Assembly: GCA_035353995.1 (NCBI GenBank)
Contig: DAOQAL010000002.1
Location: 28,729-92,728 of the forward strand
DNA length: 64,000 nt
Source of the DNA: Minisyncoccota bacterium
GTDB taxonomy: Bacteria; Patescibacteriota; Minisyncoccia; Phycocordibacterales; UBA9973
Direction: 5' to 3'
Made by a program: the position numbers and the translations under genes. This document shows positions 20,984-32,077 of the stretch, in pieces; position 1 is the stretch's first letter, and each line of letters begins with the position of its first letter. The notes beneath the pieces were generated by a model. That model was not told the origin of the DNA, did no database searches, and worked only from the letters and a program-made list of their open reading frames with translations.

Positions 20984-23900
20984 ATGAAAAAAATAAAAAT
21001 TTTATTCGCCATTTGTTTTGTAGTGGTTTCTGTGTTTTGTGTATTTAAAAGTTTTAAAATAAATAATGCTTTAGGTGACGATACACCATCCATATCTTAT
21101 TCTGGTTCTTTTAGAGAGACTTCAGCAGATATAGGAGCTGTTTCTGGTAGTAGGGTAGCTACTATAACTGGAGATACATTTACAAATGCTGGTGGTGTAT
21201 GGGAAGAAGGTACTTATTATTATCTTACCAATAAACCATTTGGATTAAGTTCCAGTATGGCAGTAAGTTCAGATGGGACAACAGCAACGCTAACTTTTTC
21301 TGGTAATGCAAATTCAAGTACAAATTATAGCGATGTTTCAAATTTAACTATCACATTTTTAGATGGAGCTTTTACGAATAACCCAATAGCATCTGATGTT
21401 ACTAATTATACTGATAGTAATGGTGTTGTTGATTTTGTCTCAATTAATTACTGGAAAGAACTGGGTCCTGTTGTAGGTTCGGTTGAGTCTGGTGTTGATA
21501 TAATATCTCTTAAAATTGATTCAAATGATGTTCCTTATGTTGCTTTTAAAGATTCTAATAATAGTTATGGGCTTACCGTTAAGAAATGGAATGGAAGTGC
21601 ATGGAGCGTAGTTGGGTCTGAAAATTTTTCTTCTGGAGCAGTATACAATATTTCTTTTACAATAGATAAAAATGATGTTCCTTATGTGGCATATACTGAT
21701 TCAACAAACAGTTCAAAAATTACTGTTATGACATTTAATGGTTCATCGTGGGTTTTAGTTGGAACAGCCGGTTTCTCTACTGGTGAAGCTACTGCTACAT
21801 CTATTGCTACTGACAATAGTTATACACCTATTCCTTATGTATCATTTTTTGATAGTTCTGGAAATGTAGAAGTTATGAAATTTGTTGGTATTGATGAAAC
21901 ATATACAACTGGATGGCAAAAAGTTGGCCTTGATATAACTGCCGATAATACAGTTACTGATACTTCTATTGCTCTTAATTCAAGTAATATTCCTTATGTA
22001 GCTTATGTAAAACATTTATTATACGTAGGATCATATACATTTGTTCTAGAATATTCTTCTGATGTCTGGACAGCAGTTGGAGATTTATCTACTGTTCAGT
22101 TAGATTACAATAATTTTGCAATTGATTCACAAGATAATCTTTATGTATCATTTGTCTCAATAAAAGATGGTAGTTATATGAAGTCTATTAAGATAACAAA
22201 ATGGGATGGAAGTGCATGGGTTGATTTACCTATTGCATTTACACTAAACCCTACTACTGAAATTGATATTTCTTCTATATCTTTAGCTTTAGACAAAAAT
22301 GATATACCTTATGTAGCATATCCTGACTATGGATACACTGGTGATAGCCCTCGTATGGCTACGGTTGTAAGTTGTGATAACTGTGATAGTAAATGGAATC
22401 TAGTTGGTAATTCTGATTTTTCATATTATGCTGCGGATGATTTATCTCTTTCTTTAGACTCTAATAATATTCCTTATTTAGCTTTTAATGGAGAAAGCTT
22501 TAACGAAGTAGATTCTGGTGCTATCGTTATGACTTTTAAAACAGTTGAGCAGGTTGTTGGGCTATCCGCTACTGCTGGTGATTCAGAAGTTGATTTGTCT
22601 TGGACTCAATTAATAAATGATGGGTATTTTATTACTGATTATATTATAGAATACAAATTATCTTCAGGCGGTTCTTGGTCTACTTTTGATGATGGAACTT
22701 CGGAAAATCCTACAGCTACTGTTACTGGTTTATCTAATGGATCAAGTTATGATTTTAGAGTCAAGGCTTATAATTCTGTTTTAGGTGAAGGAACTGTTTC
22801 TTCTGTTGCTACGGCTACTCCAGTTTCCGCTACTTCTGCACCTTCGCAAGTTACTGGTCTTTCGGCAAATACAGATAGTATTAGTGAAATTAATTTATCT
22901 TGGACTGCACCTGATGATGGAGGATCTGATATAACTGATTATTTAATTGAATATAAATTAACTTCAGATAGTTCTTGGTCTACTTTTAATGATGGAACTT
23001 CAACAGAAATTACAGAAACAGTAAATGATCTTGATAGCGATACTAGTTATGATTTTAGAGTAAGCGCAATTAATTCTGTTGGAACAGGAACAGCATCTGA
23101 TATAGCAAGTGCAACAACAAAGAAAAAAACTTCTTCTGGTTCCTCAGCTTCTCAAACTATATCACCTGTAACAGAGCCAATAACACAACCCGTAACAGGG
23201 CCTATTACTCCTGTAAATCCACCAATAACAACACCAACAGAGCCTGCAAAACCTATTAATAATGAACCTAAAGAAACAAAACCACCACAACCAGATGAAG
23301 TGGCTCCAGTATTATCACCAATAGAAGAACCAGTAGTCGAAGATTTGCCACCAACAGAAGACGATACAAAACAAATAACAGAACCAGGTGATTCTTTGTG
23401 GAATACAATTTCTAAAGAAATAAGAAAAAGTTTTGTTGCAGTAAGTGATGCATCTTCTAGTGCATATTGGACAGCAAAAGAAGAAATAAATAAAAAAGAA
23501 GTTTCAGTTTTTATAAAAATTTTGACAACTGCTGGCATAGCGATCGGTGCTTTGTTTTCTGTTTTGCCAACATTGTTTGCTAGCCCATTTTCATTTTCAG
23601 AAATAGTATTATTGCCGTTTCGTATATGGTCATTACTTTTAGCTGCTTTGGGATTAAAAAAACGAAATCGTCCTTGGGGTACAGTCTATGATAGTGTTAC
23701 AAAACAACCACTTGATCCAGCTTATGTAATATTAAAAGATGAAAATGGAAAAGAAATTGCTTCTTCAATAACAGATCTTGATGGAAGATATGGATTCTTG
23801 GTAGAAGAAGGAAATTACACATTAGAAGTAAATAAGACGGATTATAAATTCCCATCAAAAAATCTTGAAGGAAAAAATTCAGATGAATTATATCAAAACC

Positions 23901-24445
23901 TTTATCAAGGAGAAGTTATTTCTGTAATGAATTCCGAAGAAGTTATTACAAAAAATATTCCAATGGATCCAATAAAATTTAACTGGAACGAATTTGCTAA
24001 AAAGCAACAGAAACTAAATAAATTTTATTCAAGAAAAGATTTTATCTTTAATAGGATTTCAACAGCATTATTTATCCTTGGTGGAATTACTTCAATTCTT
24101 GCATTGTTATTAGCACCTGAACCGTACAATATAATAATTTTTGCAGTTTATATAGTTCTTTTTGTACTAAGACAGCTTGGTATAAGACCTAAAGATAAAG
24201 GAACTATTTTGGAAAATAATCATCCTTTGCCTTTCTCAATTATCAGAGTATTCCAAAAAGCAACAAATACAGAAATAATACACAAGGTTTCTGATAAGCA
24301 TGGTAAGTTTTATTGTTTAGTTCCAAATGGAAGTTATTATATAAAAATAGAAAAAAAGCTAGAATCTGGTGATTATGAAACTGTTCATGTTTCAGGAATA
24401 ATTGATGTTGCTAAGGGTTTAATAAAGGGGAAATTTGAAGTATAA
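20984..24445 (+). CDS. large surface protein: signal peptide, beta-propeller-like repeats, 2x FN3, Pro/Thr linker, TM segments, carboxypeptidase-regulatory-like domains
   Basis: Seven D-x-N-x-x-P-Y-V-A-Y-like repeats; two LSW...ITDY.IEYK...YDFRV.A.N FN3 units; WGTVYDSVTKQPLDPA and TDLDGRYGF in the C-terminal part. Confidence 0.85.
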   Translation: MKKIKILFAICFVVVSVFCVFKSFKINNALGDDTPSISYSGSFRETSADIGAVSGSRVATITGDTFTNAGGVWEEGTYYYLTNKPFGLSSSMAVSSDGTTATLTFSGNANSSTNYSDVSNLTITFLDGAFTNNPIASDVTNYTDSNGVVDFVSINYWKELGPVVGSVESGVDIISLKIDSNDVPYVAFKDSNNSYGLTVKKWNGSAWSVVGSENFSSGAVYNISFTIDKNDVPYVAYTDSTNSSKITVMTFNGSSWVLVGTAGFSTGEATATSIATDNSYTPIPYVSFFDSSGNVEVMKFVGIDETYTTGWQKVGLDITADNTVTDTSIALNSSNIPYVAYVKHLLYVGSYTFVLEYSSDVWTAVGDLSTVQLDYNNFAIDSQDNLYVSFVSIKDGSYMKSIKITKWDGSAWVDLPIAFTLNPTTEIDISSISLALDKNDIPYVAYPDYGYTGDSPRMATVVSCDNCDSKWNLVGNSDFSYYAADDLSLSLDSNNIPYLAFNGESFNEVDSGAIVMTFKTVEQVVGLSATAGDSEVDLSWTQLINDGYFITDYIIEYKLSSGGSWSTFDDGTSENPTATVTGLSNGSSYDFRVKAYNSVLGEGTVSSVATATPVSATSAPSQVTGLSANTDSISEINLSWTAPDDGGSDITDYLIEYKLTSDSSWSTFNDGTSTEITETVNDLDSDTSYDFRVSAINSVGTGTASDIASATTKKKTSSGSSASQTISPVTEPITQPVTGPITPVNPPITTPTEPAKPINNEPKETKPPQPDEVAPVLSPIEEPVVEDLPPTEDDTKQITEPGDSLWNTISKEIRKSFVAVSDASSSAYWTAKEEINKKEVSVFIKILTTAGIAIGALFSVLPTLFASPFSFSEIVLLPFRIWSLLLAALGLKKRNRPWGTVYDSVTKQPLDPAYVILKDENGKEIASSITDLDGRYGFLVEEGNYTLEVNKTDYKFPSKNLEGKNSDELYQNLYQGEVISVMNSEEVITKNIPMDPIKFNWNEFAKKQQKLNKFYSRKDFIFNRISTALFILGGITSILALLLAPEPYNIIIFAVYIVLFVLRQLGIRPKDKGTILENNHPLPFSIIRVFQKATNTEIIHKVSDKHGKFYCLVPNGSYYIKIEKKLESGDYETVHVSGIIDVAKGLIKGKFEV

Positions 24446-24516
24446 GAATATTTCTGACCTTTTTGTGCTTATAAAAAAGATGATTTTTCTTTTATTTTTT
24501 GCTATAATATATAGTA

Positions 24517-25143
24517 ATGATAATCACATATTTTGGAAAACAATTTTTTAAAATACAACAAGGTGAAATGGTTATTGCATTTAACCCTGTAAGTAAAAGC
24601 TCTAAATTAGATATATCTACTCATTTTGGTGCTGACATAGCTCTTGTAACTACAAATCATCCAGACTATAACGGTGTTGAACAATTATCATATGGAGACA
24701 GAGAACCATTTGTTATTAATGGGCCAGGTGATTATGAAGTTAAAGAAATATTTATTAAAGGAGTAATGTCGCCAGCATTAGTTGATAATAAAAAATACGT
24801 AAACAGTGTTTATCTTCTTACTGTAGATGACATGGATATATTATTCCTTGGAGCTTTATCTGATTCTGAAGTAAGCAAAGAATCACGTGAAGCTATAGAA
24901 GAACCAGATATTCTTTTTGTGCCAATAGGTGGAAAGGGAATTATCGATGCAAAACAAGCAGCAAAATTTGCTTCTTCTCTTGAACCAAAACTTATTATTC
25001 CTATGGATTATGATGATGCATCACTTAAAACTTTTTTGAAAGAACTAAGTGAAGAAAAAGCTGAAGTCGTTGATAAACTTACAATAAAGAAAAAAGATTT
25101 AGAAGGAAAAGAAGGTGAGGTCGTAGTATTAAAATCAATTTAA
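24517..25143 (+). CDS. MBL-fold metallo-hydrolase-like protein
   Basis: MIITYFG, NHPDYN, GPGDYEVK, DILFVPIGG, EPKLIIPMDY; metal ligands partly degenerate. Confidence 0.8.
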   Translation: MIITYFGKQFFKIQQGEMVIAFNPVSKSSKLDISTHFGADIALVTTNHPDYNGVEQLSYGDREPFVINGPGDYEVKEIFIKGVMSPALVDNKKYVNSVYLLTVDDMDILFLGALSDSEVSKESREAIEEPDILFVPIGGKGIIDAKQAAKFASSLEPKLIIPMDYDDASLKTFLKELSEEKAEVVDKLTIKKKDLEGKEGEVVVLKSI

Positions 25144-25170
25144 TTATTCCGTTAATTCGGATTAATATTT

Positions 25171-25422
25171 ATGAAAAGAGTAATTCATCATTTAAGAAAA
25201 AAACCAGAAGAAGAAAGAAGACATATTTTGCATCTTTCTGTTATTATAATTGGAATTATTTTAATTTTTCTTTGGACACTATCTTTAGGAAGAAGTATTA
25301 CAAATAAAGATACAAAGATAAAAATGAAGCAAGATTTAAAACCATTTTCCGTTTTGAAAGAAAATATGGTCGGAGGTTATAATAGTATTACAACGGGAGA
25401 AAGTTCCAACACTGCTGAATAA
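25171..25422 (+). CDS. hypothetical membrane protein
   Basis: 83 aa with a single TM helix, in operon position before gyrA. Confidence 0.7.
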   Translation: MKRVIHHLRKKPEEERRHILHLSVIIIGIILIFLWTLSLGRSITNKDTKIKMKQDLKPFSVLKENMVGGYNSITTGESSNTAE

Positions 25423-25427
25423 TATTT

Positions 25428-27890
25428 ATGGCTAAAAAAACAATTGATCCAATAGAAAAAAAACCAAGAGAAGATGAAATTCTTCCAGTAAACATAGTTA
25501 GCGAAATGAAAGAGTCGTATTTGGCTTATGCTATGTCTGTTATTACATCACGTGCATTGCCAGACGTAAGAGATGGATTAAAACCTGTTCACAGAAGAAT
25601 ATTATTTGCTATGAATGAAATGGGACTTACTTCAAGTTCTAGATTTAGAAAATCCGCTGCTGTTGTTGGAGATGTTTTAGGAAAATATCATCCTCACGGA
25701 GATGTGGCAGTGTATGACACAATGGTTGGTATGGCACAAGAATTTTCTTATCGTTATCCTTTTATTTTAGGTCAAGGTAACTTTGGTTCTATAGATGGAG
25801 ACAGTGCAGCTGCAATGCGTTATACAGAGACGAAGATGGCAAAAATTTCTAATGAACTTTTAAAAGATTTAGATAAAGAAACAGTTGATTTTCGTCCAAA
25901 CTATGACCAAACACGTAAAGAACCGACAGTTCTTCCTGCAGCTGTTCCCGCATTGTTATTAAATGGAACACTTGGTATTGCTGTTGGTATGGCAACGAAT
26001 ATCCCACCTCACAATTTAGCAGAAGTTGTAGATGCAACAAGATTTTTAATTGATAAAGAAGATGCAACTACAGAAGATTTAATGCAATTTATTAAAGGGC
26101 CTGATTTTCCTACTGGTGGAATTGCTTATGGATATAAAGATATTCTTCATGCATATTCTTCAGGACGTGGAGGTGTTGTTTGTAGAGGAGAAGCTGAAAT
26201 AATTGAAACAAAAGGAGGAATGTACCAAATAGTTATAACTTCTATTCCTTTTAGAGTAAATAAAGCAAACTTAATAATGTCTATTGCAGACCTTGTTCAA
26301 GAAAAAAAGCTTGAAGGTATAAAAGGGTTAAGAGATGAATCTACAAAAGATATTCGTATAGTTATTGATTTAAAAAGTGGTGCTCATCCTGAAAAAATTC
26401 TAAATTATATTTATAAAAATACTCAACTTGAATCAAATTTCAATTTTAATATTGTTGCATTAGTTGATGGAGTGCCACAAACACTTTCTCTAAAATCTAT
26501 TCTTGTTGAATTTATTGCTCATAGACGTGATGTTATAAAAAGAAGATGTCAATATGATTTAAGAAAAGCTGAAGAACGTGAACATATTTTATTAGGTCTT
26601 AAAAAAGCCCTTGATAAAATTGATAGAATCATAACTGTTATAAGAAATTCAAAAGACGCACAGATTGCAAAAATAAATTTGATAAAGGAATTTAAATTTT
26701 CTGATTTGCAGGCAGCTGCAATATTAGAAATTAAATTACAGAAATTAGCTGGATTAGAAAGAAAAGCAGTGGAAGATGAATTAGCAGAAAAACAGAAATT
26801 TATTAAGGAAATGAAAGAACTTTTAACAAGTCCTAAAAAAATGTTGAAAGTTGTATCAGACGAATTAAAAGAAATTCGTGATAGATATTTTGATGAGAGA
26901 AGAACAAAAATAATTAAAGGAGGAGTGAAAGAAATTAATGATGAAGATTTGATTCCAGATACAGAAACTGTTCTTGTTTTCACTGCTGGTGGATACGTAA
27001 AACGTACTGATCCTAGTGAATACAGAGCACAAAAGAGAGGGGGAGTTGGTGTTGTGGATTTAGAAACAAAAGAAGAAGATTTTGTAACGATGCTTGTTTC
27101 AGGGTCTACTCATAATGATTTGTTGTTCTTTACTAATACAGGAAAAGCTTATCAAATGAAAATGTATGATATTCCTGAAGGACGTCGTGCAACAAAAGGA
27201 AAATCAATTATGAACTTCTTGTCTCTTTCTGGAGATGAAAAAGTCACATCTATTTTGTCTCTACCAAAAGAAGCCAAAAAACTTCCTTCTTCTTTGGTTC
27301 TTGTAACAAAAAATGGAACAGCGAAAAAAATGTCAGGGGAAAGCTTTAAAGATGTTCGCCGAAGTGGAATTATTTCAATAAGATTAGATAAAGGTGACCA
27401 ATTAGTTCAAGCTCTTTTAGTTGATAAAGGTGACGAGATAATGATTGCAACAGAAGGAGGTCAGTCAATAAGATTCAAAGAAAGTGATGTTAGAGAAATG
27501 GGAAGAACTGCTGGCGGAGTGCGAGGAATTAAATTAGGAAAAAATGATGAAGTAATTGGTGTTGATGTTATTAAAAAAGATCAAAAAGATGGAGCATTTC
27601 TTACAATGAGTGCAAATGGTTTTGGTAAAAAAACTGCTCTTAAAGAATATAAAGTACAAAAGCGTGGTGGTTCAGGAATCAAAACAGCAAAAGTTACAAC
27701 AAAAACAGGAAAATTGATTGTAGCAAAAGTTTTGAGTACTGAAGAAGAAGAACTAATAGCAATGTCAAAAAAGGGACAAGTAATTAGAACTGCTCTAAAA
27801 GATATTCCATCATTAGGACGTCAAACTCAAGGAGTTACAATAATGCGTCTTCGCGCAGGGGACGGTATTGCATCTCTTACCTGCATGTAA
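25428..27890 (+). CDS. gyrA: DNA gyrase subunit A
   Basis: [29 protein letters not shown], GyrA-box QKRGGVG, C-terminal pinwheel repeats. Confidence 0.98.
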   Translation: MAKKTIDPIEKKPREDEILPVNIVSEMKESYLAYAMSVITSRALPDVRDGLKPVHRRILFAMNEMGLTSSSRFRKSAAVVGDVLGKYHPHGDVAVYDTMVGMAQEFSYRYPFILGQGNFGSIDGDSAAAMRYTETKMAKISNELLKDLDKETVDFRPNYDQTRKEPTVLPAAVPALLLNGTLGIAVGMATNIPPHNLAEVVDATRFLIDKEDATTEDLMQFIKGPDFPTGGIAYGYKDILHAYSSGRGGVVCRGEAEIIETKGGMYQIVITSIPFRVNKANLIMSIADLVQEKKLEGIKGLRDESTKDIRIVIDLKSGAHPEKILNYIYKNTQLESNFNFNIVALVDGVPQTLSLKSILVEFIAHRRDVIKRRCQYDLRKAEEREHILLGLKKALDKIDRIITVIRNSKDAQIAKINLIKEFKFSDLQAAAILEIKLQKLAGLERKAVEDELAEKQKFIKEMKELLTSPKKMLKVVSDELKEIRDRYFDERRTKIIKGGVKEINDEDLIPDTETVLVFTAGGYVKRTDPSEYRAQKRGGVGVVDLETKEEDFVTMLVSGSTHNDLLFFTNTGKAYQMKMYDIPEGRRATKGKSIMNFLSLSGDEKVTSILSLPKEAKKLPSSLVLVTKNGTAKKMSGESFKDVRRSGIISIRLDKGDQLVQALLVDKGDEIMIATEGGQSIRFKESDVREMGRTAGGVRGIKLGKNDEVIGVDVIKKDQKDGAFLTMSANGFGKKTALKEYKVQKRGGSGIKTAKVTTKTGKLIVAKVLSTEEEELIAMSKKGQVIRTALKDIPSLGRQTQGVTIMRLRAGDGIASLTCM

Positions 27891-27909
27891 ATTTCTCAAA
27901 CTCTCAAAC

Positions 27910-27930
27910 TGTCAAAGACCGTCTTTGACA
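27910..27930. repeat. REP-like palindrome copy 3 (contains the transposase stop codon)
   Basis: TGTCAAAGACCGTCTTTGACA. Confidence 0.9.
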
Positions 27931-28541
27931 TGCTTGGTGTTATTGGCTATAGTTTCTTTTTCGAAATCTTTTTTGCTGAAAACTGATTCTAAAAAATCTT
28001 TAAATACGATTGATGAATTTCTATTTTCGGTAAAATCTTTATAGCTACTCCATTTATATTGACCAGGGTGTTTAACTAAACCATCCTTTACTGGATTCAT
28101 ATGTATATAAGCGGAAGTCCACATAAACTGCGGATTGTTTTCAATATTTACTGCTTTAAATTTATCTTGAAATACATGTCCAACTTTTTTATATTTTAAA
28201 TTTAGATATTTTGCATAGCTAGTACATGTTTGAGATATTAGCCTAGAAATAGGAACATCTCCGCATTGTTCTATCAATAAATGAAAATGATTTGGCATAA
28301 GGCAAAAAGAATGTAATTTAAATGATTTAGCATTTCCGTTTATTCTAATTCGTGAATTTTTTACTGACGATATGTCATCTTTTTTTAGAATTTCTTTATC
28401 TACTCCGAGAGATAGACCAAGTCTAAAAAGGAAAGCATTATAGTCGCTTTCTTCGTGGAAAATTTTTTCTTTATTATTACCTCGATTGTAAACATGCACC
28501 AAAGCACCAGGCATAAATGTTTTATAGTCTCTATTGTTCAT
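27912..28541 (-). CDS. REP-associated tyrosine transposase (RAYT, Y1_Tnp/HUH family)
   Basis: HVYNRG N-terminal motif, HUH motif MPNHFHLL, GHVFQDKF, catalytic Tyr in YIHMNPV, YKWSSY. Confidence 0.9.
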   Translation of the reverse strand: MNNRDYKTFMPGALVHVYNRGNNKEKIFHEESDYNAFLFRLGLSLGVDKEILKKDDISSVKNSRIRINGNAKSFKLHSFCLMPNHFHLLIEQCGDVPISRLISQTCTSYAKYLNLKYKKVGHVFQDKFKAVNIENNPQFMWTSAYIHMNPVKDGLVKHPGQYKWSSYKDFTENRNSSIVFKDFLESVFSKKDFEKETIANNTKHVKDGL

Positions 28542-28551
28542 AAATCAATTA

Positions 28552-28572
28552 TGTCAAAGACCGTCTTTGACA
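28552..28572. repeat. REP-like palindrome copy 4 (10 nt upstream of the transposase ATG)
   Basis: TGTCAAAGACCGTCTTTGACA. Confidence 0.9.
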
Positions 28573-28646
28573 GCAAGGAGATTGTTAATAACTATAGACA
28601 ACTATAGGCGAAAAAGATTTTTTATACTATAATATATAGTATATAT

Positions 28647-29174
28647 ATGTTTGCTGATCCGATAAAAAATTTAAAACAACTTGGATTAAGAGAAGATATG
28701 ATTGTAGCTGATTTAGGGGCGGGAACAGGTTTTTATTCTATTGCTGCAGCAAAAATGGTACCAAATGGAAAAGTATATGCTATAGAAGTAATAAAAGATT
28801 ATTTGATTACTATAAAAAATAAAGCGAAAGAATTTCATATTAACAATCTTGAATGTTTTTGGGGAGATATTGAAAAACTTGGTGGAACAAAATTAAAAGA
28901 TGGCATTGTTGATGCTGTTATACTTTCGAATATTTTATCTCAAATTGAGGACAAGAGTGGTCTTGTTCTTGAAGTTAAAAGAATATTAAAACAAAATGGT
29001 AAGGTTCTTGTAGTAGACTGGTCTGAATCTTCTGCTTTAGGTCCAAAACCAGATAAAATAATTTTGAAAGATAAAGTAGTTGAAATATTTGCAAAAAAAG
29101 GATTAACTTTTAATCGTGATATTGATGCTGGTAGTCATCATTATGGTATTGTTTTAACAAATAAAAAAATATGA
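28647..29174 (+). CDS. class I SAM-dependent methyltransferase
   Basis: VADLGAGTG motif I; RILKQNGKVLVVDW. Confidence 0.88.
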   Translation: MFADPIKNLKQLGLREDMIVADLGAGTGFYSIAAAKMVPNGKVYAIEVIKDYLITIKNKAKEFHINNLECFWGDIEKLGGTKLKDGIVDAVILSNILSQIEDKSGLVLEVKRILKQNGKVLVVDWSESSALGPKPDKIILKDKVVEIFAKKGLTFNRDIDAGSHHYGIVLTNKKI

Positions 29175-30466
29175 AAGGAAATTTTAAAATAGTAATGTTA
29201 GTTATTTGTATTATTGCAGCTGTTTTTGGAATTTTAGTTTTTGCTGGATTAATTACAATTGGTAGTGATAAAAACGAAGAAGGCTCTCTTGGTACAGTCA
29301 TAATATGGGGAACAGATAAAATGCAAAACCTAGCTAAGCCAATAGAGAATTTCAATAAAGTAAATACAACCTTTACGGTAAAGTATGTTCAAAAAGACGC
29401 AGAAACATTTGATGAAGACTTACTCGAAGCTCTTGCTTCAGGAACAGGTCCTGATATGTTTTTTATCTCTAATGAATTAGCACATAAATACAGTAATAAA
29501 ATTTATACTATTCCATACACAAGTTATCCATTGGCTTCATTTAAAGGTACATTTGCAAGCGCTGGTGATGTATTTTTGACTTCAAATGGTGTATTAGCAT
29601 TTCCTTTAACGATAGACCCTATTGTTATGTATTACAACAGAAGCATATTGGATTCAAGCAATGTAATTTATCCACCAACAAATTGGACTGAATTAACAAA
29701 TCTTGTGCCTTCAATTACAGTAAAAGATGGATCAAATAAAATTTCAACAAGCACTGTTGCATTAGGCCAGTTTTCAAATATACTTCATGCAAAAGATATT
29801 TTAGTAACTCTTTTTATGCAGGCTGGAAATTCTATAGTAACTGAAAGTAATGGGACATTTTCTTCGGTTTTAGATTCAACAGATTCAAAATATAGTCTTA
29901 GCTCGATGCTAGAATATTATACGAATTTTTCTGACCCATTAAGCGATACATATTCTTGGAACAAATCACTTGCAAATTCGCAAGATTATTTTAGCTCAGA
30001 AAATTTAGCATTTTATTTTGGATATGCAAGTGAGATGGAAACATTGGTAAATAAAAATCCAAATTTAAATTTTCTAGTTTCTGCTATTCCTCAAATAGAA
30101 AATTCTAAAACAAAGGTAACAAATTCTAAGGTTACCGGTATAGCAATTTCTTCATTTTCTAAAAATTTCAGCACGGCTTTTACTGCTGCAAGTTTGATGT
30201 CAACGGGTAGTTTTGCATCTGATTATATAAAAGCTACATCATATATACCTGCAAGAAGAGATCTTCTTTCTGAAAAAAAGACCGATGCATTTTCTCCTAT
30301 ATTTTATGCTTCAGCATTATACGCAAAAAGTTGGATTGATCCATCTAGTGAAGACACGAATGATATTTTTAGAACTATGATTGATGGAACTCTTTCGAAT
30401 AGCTTATCAACAAATGAAGCCATAAAAGATTCAAGCGCAAAACTTGATTTATTATTAGCGAAATAA
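29171..30466 (+). CDS. extracellular solute-binding protein (sugar ABC SBP family 1-like)
   Basis: N-terminal TM, LASGTGPDMF, MYYNRSIL..PPTNWTE. Confidence 0.8.
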   Translation: MKGNFKIVMLVICIIAAVFGILVFAGLITIGSDKNEEGSLGTVIIWGTDKMQNLAKPIENFNKVNTTFTVKYVQKDAETFDEDLLEALASGTGPDMFFISNELAHKYSNKIYTIPYTSYPLASFKGTFASAGDVFLTSNGVLAFPLTIDPIVMYYNRSILDSSNVIYPPTNWTELTNLVPSITVKDGSNKISTSTVALGQFSNILHAKDILVTLFMQAGNSIVTESNGTFSSVLDSTDSKYSLSSMLEYYTNFSDPLSDTYSWNKSLANSQDYFSSENLAFYFGYASEMETLVNKNPNLNFLVSAIPQIENSKTKVTNSKVTGIAISSFSKNFSTAFTAASLMSTGSFASDYIKATSYIPARRDLLSEKKTDAFSPIFYASALYAKSWIDPSSEDTNDIFRTMIDGTLSNSLSTNEAIKDSSAKLDLLLAK

Positions 30467-30488
30467 AATTTATATAAATTTTTAAGAT

Positions 30489-30893
30489 ATGAAAAAAACA
30501 ATAACTATATTATCTTTAACTCTTCTTTTGGGGTTTTTAATTTTTCCTGCATTTTCTTTTGCAGAAGAAACAACAGATCTTTCTACTAGCGGTGGTGGAC
30601 TTACTGCAGCATGCCCAGAAGGGGGGTGTGGTTTTAAAGAATTAGTTGATGTAGTTAATAAAGTGATAAATTATGTTTTATTTGTACTTGCAATACCAAT
30701 AGCAGCGATTATGTTTGCATATGCAGGAATATTGCTTATAACATCTGGTGGCGAACCTTCTAAAAGAACAAAAGCAAAAAGTATTTTTGTGAATGTTGGT
30801 ATCGGTCTTGTTGTGGCTGCTGCAGCTTGGCTTATTATTAATACTATTCTTTCAATAGTTGGTTTTGATGGGTCGTGGATTGGTTTTAAGTAA
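30489..30893 (+). CDS. TrbC/VirB2-like pilin
   Basis: Signal peptide plus two TM helices joined by a GGEPSKRTKAK loop; Cys pair near the N-terminus. Confidence 0.75.
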   Translation: MKKTITILSLTLLLGFLIFPAFSFAEETTDLSTSGGGLTAACPEGGCGFKELVDVVNKVINYVLFVLAIPIAAIMFAYAGILLITSGGEPSKRTKAKSIFVNVGIGLVVAAAAWLIINTILSIVGFDGSWIGFK

Positions 30894-30910
30894 TAGTGTA
30901 TAATTTATTT

Positions 30911-31318
30911 ATGATAAATAATTTTAAAAAGAATTTATTTGTATTAATCTTAGTTTCTTTTATCGTTTTCTCTCCAGTTTTATTATTTGCACAAGGTGGA
31001 ACAGGAAGCCTTGGCGACAGTGGCGGAACAGGAAGTTTGAGTGGAGATACCACTAGTGGCCAACTTAAAAATCCAATTAATCAAAGTTCTATAAATGGTC
31101 TTATTAAGACAATTCTAGAAGGCGTTCTAAAAATAGGAATACCAATAGTTGCATTAGCCATAATATATTGTGGTTTTCTTTTTGTTTCTGCAAGAGGAAA
31201 TCCAGAGGCATTAAAAAAAGCTAAAGATGCACTAATCTATACTTTAATTGGAGCAGCGATTCTTTTGGGATCGTGGGCAATTGCGCAACTTATTTCTGAT
31301 ACAGTATTAAAATTATAA
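30911..31318 (+). CDS. TrbC/VirB2-like pilin
   Basis: LKNPI...GFLFVSARGNPEALKKAK...LIGAAILLGSW; start chosen at the ATG 6 nt after TATAAT. Confidence 0.78.
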   Translation: MINNFKKNLFVLILVSFIVFSPVLLFAQGGTGSLGDSGGTGSLSGDTTSGQLKNPINQSSINGLIKTILEGVLKIGIPIVALAIIYCGFLFVSARGNPEALKKAKDALIYTLIGAAILLGSWAIAQLISDTVLKL

Positions 31319-31327
31319 ATAATTTAT

Positions 31328-32077
31328 ATGAAAAATAAAAAAATAAAAAAAATTTGTTTGATGATTCTAATATTAGCAGTTATAGCTGTGCCATTTTTAT
31401 CTTTTGCTCAAAATGTAACTGATGTTACTCCAGTAGAAGAAGCGTGTGGAGCATCTTCTACTGATTTATTAGGAATAATTTGTAGAATAGGTTTTTATTT
31501 GAATCAAATAATTCCAATATTGCTTGCATTAGGAGTTGTATATTTCGTATGGGGGGTTATTACCTATATGATAAAAGATGATGAGGAAGCAAAGAAAAAA
31601 GGAAAGAATAGAATTATTTACGGCATTATTGGTTTGGTTGTAATAATATCACTATGGGGTATTGTGACTATTGTTATAGATAGTCTTGGTATTGATACGC
31701 AAGAACTTGCTCGAATCACACCTTCAACAGAGCAAATTACACAAACTTATGAGACTTCAGGTGTATGCATAGCAAATTATAAAAAATTATCCTCTCCTGT
31801 ATTGGGAGATTTAATTAACTATGTTACTTGCACTATAAGTAAATCAGTAATTCCATTGCTTTTCATTCTAGCTGTCCTCTTATTTATATGGGGTGTTGTT
31901 CAGTATGTTATTAATGCAGATTCTGATGAGAAAAGAACAAAAGGTAGGGATTTTATGATATGGGGAATTATTGGTCTTGTTGTCATGACATCAATTTGGG
32001 GTTTGGTTAAGATTTTTGGAGATACATTTGATATTAAAACTGATTTCGTGCCTCAAGTTAATACACAGGGGCAGTAA
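31328..32077 (+). CDS. tandem two-domain TrbC/VirB2-like pilin
   Basis: Two copies of FVWGV..Y...DEE.K.KG..IIYGIIGLVV. Confidence 0.75.
   Translation: MKNKKIKKICLMILILAVIAVPFLSFAQNVTDVTPVEEACGASSTDLLGIICRIGFYLNQIIPILLALGVVYFVWGVITYMIKDDEEAKKKGKNRIIYGIIGLVVIISLWGIVTIVIDSLGIDTQELARITPSTEQITQTYETSGVCIANYKKLSSPVLGDLINYVTCTISKSVIPLLFILAVLLFIWGVVQYVINADSDEKRTKGRDFMIWGIIGLVVMTSIWGLVKIFGDTFDIKTDFVPQVNTQGQ

Larger units (their letters stand above)
27910..28572 (-). mobile_element. REP-bounded HUH(Y1) transposase unit (RAYT/IS200-like)
   Basis: Identical 21-bp palindromes at 27910-27930 and 28552-28572 enclose the transposase gene. Confidence 0.75.
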
